Shown here: positions 40,732-51,104 of the stretch, piece by piece | How positions within the stretch are numbered: position 1 is the first letter of the stretch | Layout: the number at the start of each line of letters is the position of its first letter | Assembly (NCBI GenBank): GCA_963744145.1 | Contig: CAVUSO010000001.1 | Coordinates: 192,001-256,000 of the forward strand | Source: an uncultured cyanobacterium | GTDB lineage: Bacteria > Cyanobacteriota > Cyanobacteriia > Cyanobacteriales > CAWUOF01 | Direction: 5' to 3' | Length of the DNA stretch: 64,000 nt | Notes under the pieces: generated by a model | Databases searched by the model: none | Seen by the model: the letters and a program-made list of their open reading frames with translations, nothing else | Told to the model about the DNA's origin: nothing | Position numbers and translations under genes: made by a program

Positions 40732-42177
40732 TTAGGTAGGAATTTCTTCGAGATGACTAATTGTTTCGGTGTTCAGTTCGAGGACAACTTCGACTGAGGA
40801 GTTGGGTTTGGCTGGGCTTGAAGATTTTTGGGCTTGATCATCAATATTGGGCAGAAAATTGGAGTCAGGCAACCAACCAATTAAGCTTAGAGGCAGTAGA
40901 GAACTTAAAGCAGCAATCAGAATTAATAGCCAAAGAGATTCAAAGTTCGTCGGTGTGATGCCAAACCATTCCATCAGCAGAGCGCCCAATTCTGATGATA
41001 CCAATCCACCTAGATTCAAAACCGACATTAATAGGGCAAATAAAGTCGCTTCAACTCCTAATGGACAGAGTCGGGCTGATAGGACTAGGAGGGGCATATA
41101 AGTAATCTGTCCCATCACGGTGAGGATGAGACTGTCACCGATACTAAACCAATGGTCATCGATTCCTAACGATCGGTTAGCATGAGTAACCAGGATTAAC
41201 GGAGTCAACCTGAACAGGATGGAAATAATTGCAGCCCAGGTAAAAATAGTCCGAAAGGGCAGGGATTTCAAAAACCGTTGGAACAACCAAATACCGAATA
41301 AAGTAGCTAAACTGGTAACCAAACGTACTCGTCCTAAAAATTCTGGTTCAAAGCCAAGTTCGTTAGTCGTAAAGAAAAAGAAAGCTGCATCACTTGATGG
41401 GGTAGCTTGCCAAACAAACATAACACCAACAGGTATCCAAATCTTTTTTTGACTAATTACTTGACGCAGTTGGACCAATTGTGTTTTGATGTTTTTCCAG
41501 TCAGTCGGTTGGGCATAAGGTACCTCAGCAATTAACCAAGCTACTCCAGAAACAATTAACGGAAATAAAGCTGTAATCAAAAATATTGTTTTAGAACCGA
41601 AAGTTTGTAAAAGATAACCGCTAAGATAGGCGGTGATAATACCGCCTAAAGCTGATGCGATCTTACAGAGAGATTGCAACGAACCAATATCGCTAACCGA
41701 TTCAGATTTGGCTCGTTCCACGACTAAGGAGTCGATGATCACATCACTAAAGGCGATCGCGAGAGACCCCAAGGTGATCGCACAGGTTGCTTCCCCAGCA
41801 TTATCGACGATGGTTGATAAGGCAATCCAAGAGCAACCTCCCAATATTCCTGATAAAATTAGGTAAGGTCTACGTCGATAGCCAAATACAGGGAATCCAT
41901 CCGACATAAACCCTAATAGGGGTTTGATTACCCAAGGTAGGACACTAATCCCGAAGAGAGCAGATACTTCACTTGGACTTAACCCTAATTCATCTTTCAG
42001 AAAAAAGCTCACTGCTAGACGAGCCAATCCTAAGATGCCTTCGACAAAATAAACCAGTAATATGGCGATTAATTCCGGATTTAGCTCATTGCCAAACAGG
42101 ATTTTTTCTGTTATCGATTTTTTCACTTTGTTCAAAACCACTGCTGAAAATTGCATTGAATATAGATTTTGTAACAA
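40732..42177 (-). CDS. Folate/biopterin (BT1) MFS transporter
   Basis: LPWVIKPLLGFMSD, GYRRRPY, ARLCPLGVEATLFA. Confidence 0.9.
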   Translation of the reverse strand: MLQNLYSMQFSAVVLNKVKKSITEKILFGNELNPELIAILLVYFVEGILGLARLAVSFFLKDELGLSPSEVSALFGISVLPWVIKPLLGFMSDGFPVFGYRRRPYLILSGILGGCSWIALSTIVDNAGEATCAITLGSLAIAFSDVIIDSLVVERAKSESVSDIGSLQSLCKIASALGGIITAYLSGYLLQTFGSKTIFLITALFPLIVSGVAWLIAEVPYAQPTDWKNIKTQLVQLRQVISQKKIWIPVGVMFVWQATPSSDAAFFFFTTNELGFEPEFLGRVRLVTSLATLFGIWLFQRFLKSLPFRTIFTWAAIISILFRLTPLILVTHANRSLGIDDHWFSIGDSLILTVMGQITYMPLLVLSARLCPLGVEATLFALLMSVLNLGGLVSSELGALLMEWFGITPTNFESLWLLILIAALSSLLPLSLIGWLPDSNFLPNIDDQAQKSSSPAKPNSSVEVVLELNTETISHLEEIPT

Positions 42178-42412
42178 TTCTCAATATTTATAACATATTT
42201 TCTGGGATTGGAGTAACATGACCCTCTTGCAATCGATCAGAATCCCAGGATAGTCATTTTGAGTGTCCCACAAGAGTCATTGGTTCTGGTGGGTGGGACA
42301 GAGAGCTGGTCGTAGCATCTCTATCCGATCATAAGACTTTTGCTTTCTTGTCTATTGAGATAGACTTATACAAACTGTTACATTAAAAAAATCTTTATCT
42401 AAATACCAGGTT

Positions 42413-42613
42413 ATGCTCCAGCATTCTTCCTCATCCACTGAGACAAGTGATAGTCCACCACCAGAAACAAACTCAACAGCACCTCAACCAAGTTACGTGA
42501 AACTAGCGATGCGTAATATGGTGCAAAAGCGAGGAACATCAATCTATCATTTTATCATCACAACGATGGGTCTGTTAGCGCTGTTGGTTGGTTTAGCTTA
42601 TTTGACCCGCTAA
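42413..42613 (+). CDS. DUF3285-like small membrane protein
   Basis: PSYVKLAMRNMV...GLAYLTR. Confidence 0.75.
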   Translation: MLQHSSSSTETSDSPPPETNSTAPQPSYVKLAMRNMVQKRGTSIYHFIITTMGLLALLVGLAYLTR

Positions 42614-42632
42614 AACAGCAGGAGTATCAACG

Positions 42633-43157
42633 GTGGAATTAGAATTGACCGTACAGCATGGAGATGATTTACTGAGCGAGTTAGAGTTACCAGAGGTCGA
42701 ATCAGACCTGCCAATTTCTGCTCAAACTTGGTCAGCTTGGTTTGTTAAATGGTTAGAAATACTTGCTTCAGCTCTCCCTCATGCGATCGGTTATGAAATT
42801 ACCTTACGTCTTACTAATGATGTAGAAATTCAAACACTTAACCATCAATATCGTGATCAAAATCAACCCACTGATGTTTTAGCATTTGCCTCCTTAGAGG
42901 TAGATTATCCCCAGTCGGAGGAATTCTTAGAGTCTCAACCCTTACATCTGGGTGATATTGTCATTTCTATAGATACAGCTCAACGACAAGCCCAACAACA
43001 GGGACATTCTTTAAAAATCGAACTAGCTTGGTTAACAACCCACGGACTGTTACATCTCTTAGGTTGGGATCATCCTGATCCAGAAAGTTTGCAGAGTATG
43101 CTTGATCAGCAAGCTATTTTACTAGAGAGCATCGGTTTAATTGACAAAAAAGTTTAA
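42633..43157 (+). CDS. ybeY: rRNA maturation endoribonuclease
   Basis: PTDVLAF, LGDIVIS, HGLLHLLGWDH. Confidence 0.95.
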   Translation: MELELTVQHGDDLLSELELPEVESDLPISAQTWSAWFVKWLEILASALPHAIGYEITLRLTNDVEIQTLNHQYRDQNQPTDVLAFASLEVDYPQSEEFLESQPLHLGDIVISIDTAQRQAQQQGHSLKIELAWLTTHGLLHLLGWDHPDPESLQSMLDQQAILLESIGLIDKKV

Positions 43158-43306
43158 GCAGCTAACTATTTTTGGTGGTTAGTCTACCACATAGATGGGA
43201 TAACACCTGGGTTTTAAATAATTATAGTGGAGGGTGAGATTGAGGTAATTATTATCTTATTTGCGATCGGAATTTTCGAGTTAGCAAAATCAATAAACCG
43301 TTAATA

Positions 43307-43789
43307 TTGTCAGCGACTGTCCCAGCACTTTATATGTCTCAAAATTTTCCCAATCCCACCAAAAGCACTAATAACCAAGTAATGAAGCCAAATCGAGAAT
43401 TGTCCTGGCAAGTAGCCACAAATTTAGTAATTAGTTTCAAATATGCCTGGGATGGAGTTAGTTATGCGTTTTGTACTCAAAGAAATTTTCGGATTCATGT
43501 GGTGATTGGGATTCTGGTCATTAGTTTGAGTGTTTTTTTACATCTAAGTTCGGTAGAAATCTCTGTAATTGGACTGACAATTGGGGCAGTTTTAGGGATG
43601 GAGTTAATCAATACTGCGCTGGAAGCTGTGGTTGACTTAACTGTCAAACAGGCTTACCATGATTTAGCCAGAATTGCTAAAGATTGTGCTGCCGGTGCTG
43701 TCCTGGTTTCATCTTTGGCCGCAATATTGGTCGCTAGTGCCCTATTGTTGCCCCCCCTATTAATTTTACTCCATAGGCTCATTCATTAG
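43307..43789 (+). CDS. dgkA: Diacylglycerol/undecaprenol kinase family
   Basis: QRNFRIH, ELINTALEAVVD, AKDCAAGAV. Confidence 0.9.
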   Translation: MSATVPALYMSQNFPNPTKSTNNQVMKPNRELSWQVATNLVISFKYAWDGVSYAFCTQRNFRIHVVIGILVISLSVFLHLSSVEISVIGLTIGAVLGMELINTALEAVVDLTVKQAYHDLARIAKDCAAGAVLVSSLAAILVASALLLPPLLILLHRLIH

Positions 43790-43861
43790 TAGTTAGTCTG
43801 CGGCATTAGCTTAAAAAAAATCTGCTCAATCAAACCCGATAGGATAATTTTTTGAGCGGCA

Positions 43862-44665
43862 ATGATCGAAACTATAGAAAACCACGTAATCATGATGAAA
43901 CGGCGACAATTGATACGATATTCAGGAGCAAGTTGTTTGGCGGCGATCGCGACCGGGATCGGTTCTCGATTCCAACCATCTTCAGCACAAACCCCAGATG
44001 TACTTTCAGTCCAATGGCTGGGTCATACTTGTTTTTTGTTTACAGGTAGCGGTCGTCGAGTTCTAGTCAATCCTTTTCGGACCATAGGTTGTACTCAGGG
44101 TTATCGTTCTCCTCAAGTTCAAGCTGATTTTGTTTTTATTAGTAGTCGCTTATTGGATGAAGGAGCGAGTGAAAACTTACCAGGAAACCCGCAATTGATC
44201 TACCAAGCAGCCTTATATGATTTTCTTGGTAATCAGTTGAGTGGTATTACTACCGATAAAGATCGGGAAGGAGGAAGAAGTTTGGGCCAAAATGTCGCAT
44301 GGCTCTGGACTCAAGCAGGGATCAAAATTCTACATTTAGGTGCCCTCGCCAGTCCGATTTCGTTAGAGAAGAAAATTCTGATGGGCACTCCTGATCTGCT
44401 ATTCTTGCCAGTTGGTGGGGGAAAAAAATCCTATACTCCTGACGAGGCTAAAAAAGCACTTGCTACCATTAATCCCAAAATTGTCATTCCTACCCATTAT
44501 CGGACACCAGCTGCTGATCATGAATGTGATTTAAGTCCTTTAGAAGATTTCTTAACATTAATGAAAGATCTTCCAATCCAACGTTCTGAAAGTGATACAA
44601 TTAAGATCTCATCGAATAGTTTACCAGCAAAAGGTCCAATTATTCAGGTATTAAATTACAAGTAG
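43862..44665 (+). CDS. MBL-fold metallohydrolase-like exported protein (Tat-like signal)
   Basis: KRRQLI signal, WLGHTCF, LHLG, IPTHY. Confidence 0.8.
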   Translation: MIETIENHVIMMKRRQLIRYSGASCLAAIATGIGSRFQPSSAQTPDVLSVQWLGHTCFLFTGSGRRVLVNPFRTIGCTQGYRSPQVQADFVFISSRLLDEGASENLPGNPQLIYQAALYDFLGNQLSGITTDKDREGGRSLGQNVAWLWTQAGIKILHLGALASPISLEKKILMGTPDLLFLPVGGGKKSYTPDEAKKALATINPKIVIPTHYRTPAADHECDLSPLEDFLTLMKDLPIQRSESDTIKISSNSLPAKGPIIQVLNYK

Positions 44666-44666
44666 T

Positions 44667-45038
44667 CACCGAGAAAGCCCACCCCTTTCAGGGGTCGGGA
44701 TGAATCGGATAGCTGTTGGCTTAGGAGCCGTGAAAATTAATTATTAAATTATATTTTAATCGCGTATTTTCTTTGGAAAATACGCGATATTAGTATCAAT
44801 CGGTGGCAACGCTGAAAATTGTGGCAAGCGTCGCACAGCGTAATTTTAGGATCTAACGATCCGATTGTCCATCAATAATCTACAACTAATCAAATGTTGT
44901 TAAAAAAATACGGCGGGGCACGCCGGAATTTATACGCTCTTCTGAGATTGGGCCTCTGGCTAATTCTAAGCAATTAGGGTTGGTTAAGCACGGTCGTTGA
45001 TTCAAGAATCCCACTGCCTTTAGGCGTGGGAGTGTCAA
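44667..45038 (+). mobile_element. Non-autonomous IS200/IS605 derivative retaining both ends, no ORF
   Basis: Left hairpin AAGCCCACCCCTTTCAGGGGTCGGGATG; right end CAAGAATCCCACTGCCTTTAGGCGTGGGAGTGTCAA, same architecture as the right end at 15623..15659. Confidence 0.75.
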
Positions 45039-45307
45039 AAGTTTTAAAGATGAAAAAGTGGAAAGTAAATCTTTTCACTTTTTTCCGGCCTCAATAAAAT
45101 TATTTGATTAAATTAAATATTACCATCAAAATCAGGACTGACAAGGAGTTTCTTTAAATATCCCTAAATATTTATCGAAAAGTTAATCCTCGTTTAAAGT
45201 TTAGTTAAATTTGCTATAATTACCCGAATTAATTAAGTTGAAACTCTTGAAATAAATAGCTCTTTAGAGCTATGATGGCAGAAAATAGGGAAGTTTATCA
45301 TTGAGAT

Positions 45308-46213
45308 ATGACGATTATTCCTAAGATTCAAGCTAAATTAATTCATTCCTGTATGAATTATCTCAGCATTGAGTATCAACATATTTATGGTGGCAAATAT
45401 CAGGAATATCTGGAATTATTTAATCTGATTGCGACCCAGACTTTAACAGCGATCGCTGGTTGTGACTCGGCTTATCATAATCTGGAACATACAGTCCAAG
45501 TTGTTTTAGTCGGGCAAGAAATTATTCATGGTAAATATGTTTGTGAAGAACCAATTTCTCCCCAGGAGTGGCTTGAATATATTGTCTCATTACTGTGCCA
45601 TGATATTGGATATCGGAAAGGGATTTGTCGTGATGATCGAGTCGAAGAGTATAGATTTGTAACTGGAATTAATTCTGATCATATCACTCTTGATTCTACA
45701 GCAACAGGAGCTAGTTTAACCCCCTACCATGTGGATCGAGGTAAATTATTTGTAGCGGAAAATTTTAGCGACTATAAATTAATTAACTTGGAAACTATTC
45801 AACTAAATATTGAATTAACTCGTTTTCCAGCGCCGAAAGATGAACTACATCAAGACACAATTGATTTTCCAGGATTAACTCGTGGTGCTGACTTGATCGG
45901 TCAGCTATCTGATCCCTATTACCTGGCTAAATTACCAGCTCTATTCTCTGAATTTGAAGAAATTGGTAGTAATAAAGTTCTCGGATATTCCGACTCAAAA
46001 GACTTACGAGCTGGTTATCCTCGATTTTACTGGCACGTTATTTCTTTGTATCTAAAACATAGTATTCGCTATTTAGAAATGACTCAAACTGGACAAGCGA
46101 TTTTGGCAAATTTATATGGTAATAGAACCGTGGTGGAAAAAGAGCTAGATCGTCTTTACAATAGCGACCATAATCTGTGGACTGACCTATTAAATTGGTT
46201 CAAAAAACGTTAA
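45308..46213 (+). CDS. HD-domain metal-dependent phosphohydrolase
   Basis: YHNLEHT, LCHDIG, HVDRG, ADLIGQ. Confidence 0.88.
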   Translation: MTIIPKIQAKLIHSCMNYLSIEYQHIYGGKYQEYLELFNLIATQTLTAIAGCDSAYHNLEHTVQVVLVGQEIIHGKYVCEEPISPQEWLEYIVSLLCHDIGYRKGICRDDRVEEYRFVTGINSDHITLDSTATGASLTPYHVDRGKLFVAENFSDYKLINLETIQLNIELTRFPAPKDELHQDTIDFPGLTRGADLIGQLSDPYYLAKLPALFSEFEEIGSNKVLGYSDSKDLRAGYPRFYWHVISLYLKHSIRYLEMTQTGQAILANLYGNRTVVEKELDRLYNSDHNLWTDLLNWFKKR

Positions 46214-46299
46214 TGCGATCGCGATCAAAATCCAAATTATTGGTGGCAGAGGGTAAAAAAATGCTAATATTTAATAATTAGTGATTAGGTGTTTTCTGT

Positions 46300-48867
46300 T
46301 CATGCTCCCAGAGGAATTTCAATCAAAAATTCAACTCCTTTCCCTTGTTCAGAAAGACACTGTAAAATACCACCATGTTTTTCGACTACAATCTCATAGC
46401 TAATCGCTAAACCCAAGTCTATTGCTCCCATCTCGGGTTTAACACCTAAGAAGGGATTAAAGATCTGCGATCGCTCCGATCCGCTGATTTCTGGTCCATT
46501 GTCGGTTAGTCGAATTATGAGTGATGAGTGTGGGGTGATTGCTGATTGGTCATTATTTACAGATCCTGGTTGATTAGCTATTACTTTTTCTTCCCGATTA
46601 ACTACTTCAGTATAAATCGCGATCGTCGCAGGAGTAGCTTGAATTTCTGCGATTGTGCGCTGTGCATTATACTTATTAAGTCTATCTATCATCTTACTCA
46701 GAATATTCATAAAAACTTGATTCATCAGAGCTGCATAACACTCGATATTAGGCAAATTGCCATAATTTTTGATGATTTTAATTCCTAAATGATTAGATTT
46801 TGTTTTTAATCGATTGCTTAAAATTAGTAAAGTGCTATCCAAACCATTGTGAATATTAACTGATTTCATTTCAGCTTCATCCACGCGAGTGAAATTTCGT
46901 AATGACTGCACTAAATCGCGGATTTTTTCTACTCCTAAATTCATTGATTTAAGCAGTCTAGGTAAATCTTCGATTACAAATTCTAAATCTCTGATCTTAC
47001 TCTCTTTTTGGATCTCTGGTACAGGTTCGGGATAATACTTTGTATAAAGATTGATCAGTGCGATCAAATCTTGAGTATAGTTATCAGCATGAGTGAGATT
47101 TCCATAAATAAAATTAACCGGATTATTAATTTCATAGGCTAATCCAGCAACCATTTGTCCTAAAGAAGACATTTTTTCCTGCTGGATTATTTGATTTTGA
47201 GTGCGCTGAAGTTGATGTAATGTAATTTCTAACTGAGTTGATTTTTCTCTTTCTCTAATTTCAGATTCTTGTAAAGCTATATTCAATAGTGCTAGTTCTT
47301 CTGTTTTCCGTAGCACAATATTAATGATGGCATTTCTTAATTCAATCGCTGCTTCTACTTCACATTTTTGCCAAGGTAAACACTTTAATTTAACAGATTC
47401 TTTCCATAATTCAAATGACTTTCGAGGAGACATCCGTACTTCTCCATCATTGCTGATTTCAAATAATTTTTCTGGATTTCCTGCCCAATTTACCGTTTGC
47501 ATAACTTCTGGTCTAAACCAAATTATATAATTTTTCTGATTTTGAGAAATTGAAATTGCTAATAAACCACTAGCTAGCTCTTTAAACGCTTCAGCTTCTT
47601 GATAGATTTTTGCTAAAGAATCTGTATAAAAAATATTGTCTTGAATATTATTTGTTATCCATTCTACTATTTTTTTTAGATGTTCTTCTTGGGGAGTTTT
47701 TCCTACCACCATCCAATTTCCATTTAAGCAGATCGCAGCTCCCGTAGACTTGGTTAAGTCTAATAAGTTTAGGTCATATTTAATCAAACCTTCGATAAAA
47801 TTTTCTTCCCTTGACATATATTCAATCAATTTTTGATTCACTGATTTCAATTTAATTTGATAATCTAGGTCTTCATGTCCTTCTTTAAAAGATAGTTCTA
47901 AAGACATCACTTGTCCTAAGAATTCGCAAGCTTTTCTGATTTCATAAGCAACATATTTGGGAGACTGATGATGACAAGCAATCAGTCCCCATAGTTTTTG
48001 CTCCTTCATTAAGGAGATAGACATAGAAGCACCAACACCCATATTTTGTAAATATTCTATGTGCATTGGTGAGACACTTCTGAGGACGCTGAAACTAAGA
48101 TCGAGGGGTTGTTTAGTAATCGGGTTATCTTGGGGGATAATTGCTACTGGTTGATAATTGACATCTGCTATTAACCTGAGCATATTTACTGAATAAAGTC
48201 GTCGCGCTTGTTTAGGAATATCTGATTGAGGATAATGCAATCCTAACCAAGAAGGTAAGTATTCCTGTTTATCTTCAGCGATTACTATCCCATTTTTTTC
48301 TAGATCGAATTGATAGACCATGACCCGATCGAAACCACTTAGTTGTCGAATTTCTTTGACAATTATTTCACTCAAATTTTGCAAATTAAAAGCACTTTGA
48401 ATTTTGGATGCAGATAATCTGACTAAATGATAAAAGCTGAGAAATCCGTTAACATGATTAGATATGTTAGGTTCCAATTCTAAAATTAATACTTCGTCCC
48501 TACGATGAATTATGCCATCAAAGATATTAGTTTTATTAGCTAAAGATATTGATAAATTAATTGGATTTATTTTTTGTAAATCTTCGTAAACTAGCGCTCT
48601 TTTTAAATCGTTGATCTGAGTTTTATCTAGGAGTATATCTAGATTTTTGTTAATCAATTCTTCTGGAGGTATTCCGAAAATATTTAAGGTATTTTGACTA
48701 ACTTGTAATATGCTTAGATCAGATTCGTTTAAGACTAGAAGAACGCCATGAGGCTGAATTGAGCCAGGAATATGAATAGGTTCGTCATCACAATTATTAA
48801 AATTAATTTGTTGCAAGTCCATATTATTCTTACTGTTGAATTTCTTTTTTTTATATAGACAAATCAA
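46300..48867 (-). CDS. Bacteriophytochrome-type photoreceptor (PAS-GAF-PHY) with degenerate His-kinase output
   Basis: CDDEPIHIPGSIQPHG, DRVMVY, YPQSDIP, SPMHIEY, SPRKSF; probable start MDLQQ. Confidence 0.92.
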   Translation of the reverse strand: MICLYKKKKFNSKNNMDLQQINFNNCDDEPIHIPGSIQPHGVLLVLNESDLSILQVSQNTLNIFGIPPEELINKNLDILLDKTQINDLKRALVYEDLQKINPINLSISLANKTNIFDGIIHRRDEVLILELEPNISNHVNGFLSFYHLVRLSASKIQSAFNLQNLSEIIVKEIRQLSGFDRVMVYQFDLEKNGIVIAEDKQEYLPSWLGLHYPQSDIPKQARRLYSVNMLRLIADVNYQPVAIIPQDNPITKQPLDLSFSVLRSVSPMHIEYLQNMGVGASMSISLMKEQKLWGLIACHHQSPKYVAYEIRKACEFLGQVMSLELSFKEGHEDLDYQIKLKSVNQKLIEYMSREENFIEGLIKYDLNLLDLTKSTGAAICLNGNWMVVGKTPQEEHLKKIVEWITNNIQDNIFYTDSLAKIYQEAEAFKELASGLLAISISQNQKNYIIWFRPEVMQTVNWAGNPEKLFEISNDGEVRMSPRKSFELWKESVKLKCLPWQKCEVEAAIELRNAIINIVLRKTEELALLNIALQESEIREREKSTQLEITLHQLQRTQNQIIQQEKMSSLGQMVAGLAYEINNPVNFIYGNLTHADNYTQDLIALINLYTKYYPEPVPEIQKESKIRDLEFVIEDLPRLLKSMNLGVEKIRDLVQSLRNFTRVDEAEMKSVNIHNGLDSTLLILSNRLKTKSNHLGIKIIKNYGNLPNIECYAALMNQVFMNILSKMIDRLNKYNAQRTIAEIQATPATIAIYTEVVNREEKVIANQPGSVNNDQSAITPHSSLIIRLTDNGPEISGSERSQIFNPFLGVKPEMGAIDLGLAISYEIVVEKHGGILQCLSEQGKGVEFLIEIPLGA

Positions 48868-49182
48868 AAACTATTGGTTTGTCTATCATCAGGAATTAGA
48901 TTTTCAGTTATCTATTTTGCTCGTATAGTAGCGGATGATTGTACATCTGCAATTAGTAAATTTACTTAAATAAAAGTGAGATTAGGATAGATATACCGTG
49001 AAGATACGCCCAAAATCGAACAGAAAGTAAATAAATGTAAAGAAAATCGCACCTGAAACTAAATTATTGCAATGAATCTGCATAAATATCTGGTCAAAAA
49101 TAAAGATAACTCTGGAAAATAGGGAATGGGGCTACTCCAAACTTAATATTTTGCCCCATCAGTAAAATACCTCCAAGATTGT

Positions 49183-49728
49183 TTATTTTAAATCTAACAA
49201 TCCACTAGCTTTCAGTTTGGGATTGAAGACAATTCCTTCAGTTACTCCACGAGCGGTTAAAGTAGTGATAATTTCTGCTTCAACTCGTCGAGCTACGTTT
49301 TTTAAGATTTTCGATTGCTGTAATTCTTCTCCTTTAGCTTGATCATAACTTGCTTGTTCTGCTGGTGTCATGAGTAATTTGACATTAATTGGTTGAGTCC
49401 ATTGAGCTTCTTCCCGATCATTACCAATGGGAGTAGTACCATTTTCCCCGATCCAAGCATCACGGATATTTTCTAATAAAGTTCGGTGAGGACGATCTAT
49501 AATTTGGACTTTTATCCAATAGCACTGATCCGGTTGACGGACTAAATGTTGTTTCAGACTGAGAAAAATATCCCGGGAATAACCAATAAACTGTAAGATG
49601 CGATCGCGATCGAAAATTCCATAGACTCCGATTTTACCTGACAAATTTTCGGGCAGATGTCCCGCATCAAGGTAGGGGATATATGCTAGACTAGCGAGAG
49701 TGGGAAGTAATGGTTCAGTTGTCATCAA
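49183..49728 (-). CDS. GIY-YIG-like domain protein
   Basis: GVYGIF...FIGYSRD. Confidence 0.75.
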   Translation of the reverse strand: MMTTEPLLPTLASLAYIPYLDAGHLPENLSGKIGVYGIFDRDRILQFIGYSRDIFLSLKQHLVRQPDQCYWIKVQIIDRPHRTLLENIRDAWIGENGTTPIGNDREEAQWTQPINVKLLMTPAEQASYDQAKGEELQQSKILKNVARRVEAEIITTLTARGVTEGIVFNPKLKASGLLDLK

Positions 49729-50119
49729 TACTACTAGGTGGAGCAGGGTTGTTTCATTCTACCTTACTTGTTGTTTTCCACAGAAACCACCATGTATTAA
49801 ATTTCACCTAATCATAATCTAATCACAAAACACAAATGCTAATTTTATAAAAATAATTCTTATTGTGTACAATGTTGCACTAAAGATGGTTGAAAGTTGG
49901 GATAATTGCTTTCATAGGTTTTCCAAAATTGAATTAATCAGTCATGCCCAATCCGTCCCCCAATTTAACGTCCAACAGTTTCAATGTCACTAACAACTCA
50001 CCCATCCGATCGCGATTCACAAATGTGGGAGAAACTGGGATAGCGATCGCTCAAACCTGTTGCGTGAAATAGTAGAGATCGACTAAAGTATCTGCTCCTC
50101 AAGTAGAGCATCATCGATC

Positions 50120-50962
50120 ATGTCCTTTGATAACCTGTGTAAACTCATCGCCGAAAAATATCCAGTTCCTTTTGCCACTTGGATTTTAGGTGAACCGCAG
50201 CCGAGCGTGCAAGTCTTAAAGACCGAACTCAGTATCGAACCAATTCGAGCTGATTCCGTGATATTTCTGCAAACCGCAGACCGGATCTTACATTTAGAAT
50301 TCCAAGTGAGACTCGAATCAGAGCCCCCCTTACCTTTAAGAATGCTAGACTATTGGGTGAGGTTATATCGATTATACCGCAAACCAATCACCCAAGTCAT
50401 AATTTTATTACTACCTCCCACCCCAGGCACCATCATTGAAACCCAATTTGTCTTGGAAACAACTCACCACGAGTATCAAGTCATTCGGTTATGGGAAGAA
50501 GACCCCAACATATTTCTATCTGATCCAGCATTATTACCCCTAGCATCTTTAGCTGCAACCTCCCAACCAGAGGAATTGCTCAACCAGGTGGCACAGCAAT
50601 TAAATAAAATAGAATCAGTCCAGCAAAAACAGGAAGTATCAGCCTACGTCCAAATCTTAGCAGGATTAAAGTTTAGCCAACCAATATTGCATCGATTATT
50701 TCGGGAGAATGCCATGAGAGAATCAGTAATTTATCAGGAGATTGTGCAGGTCGGTCGAGAAGAAGGTCTCCAGGAAGGTCTCCAGAAGGAACGCGCTTTG
50801 ATTCTGCGTCTGCTGACGCGACGGGTTGGGACAATTGATGACAACCTGCGATCGCAAATTTCTGCTCTACCAGTAGCTTTACTCGAAGACTTAGGGGAAG
50901 CACTCTTAGATTTTTCCTCGGTAGCTGATTTATCAGCTTGGTTAGTCACTCATCAACCCTAA
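50120..50962 (+). CDS. Rpn-family (PD-(D/E)XK) nuclease with DUF4351 C-terminus
   Basis: IRADS, LHLEFQ, RMLDY, MRESVIYQEI, EGLQEG, LEDLGEALLDF. Confidence 0.88.
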   Translation: MSFDNLCKLIAEKYPVPFATWILGEPQPSVQVLKTELSIEPIRADSVIFLQTADRILHLEFQVRLESEPPLPLRMLDYWVRLYRLYRKPITQVIILLLPPTPGTIIETQFVLETTHHEYQVIRLWEEDPNIFLSDPALLPLASLAATSQPEELLNQVAQQLNKIESVQQKQEVSAYVQILAGLKFSQPILHRLFRENAMRESVIYQEIVQVGREEGLQEGLQKERALILRLLTRRVGTIDDNLRSQISALPVALLEDLGEALLDFSSVADLSAWLVTHQP

Positions 50963-51104
50963 CTAATTTTTGACGACGATCGCTCCCTGGTACTACAGGA
51001 AAAATTAATCTCACGAGAGCGATCGCATTAAATAGTTACATAAATCAGTTAAAATACCTGCTCCTAAAAATAATGATATCATCTCTTGATTAATCATTTT
51101 ACAA

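Noticed and set aside
40761-42221. Short antisense/overlapping ORFs here and elsewhere (e.g. 53697..54017, 55699..56028, 26018..26275)
   Set aside because: Shadow frames of well-supported genes, with no motifs of their own
50760-50790. GAAGGTCTCCAG tandem repeat
   Set aside because: Encodes the ordinary EGLQ-type linker repeats of Rpn/DUF4351 proteins
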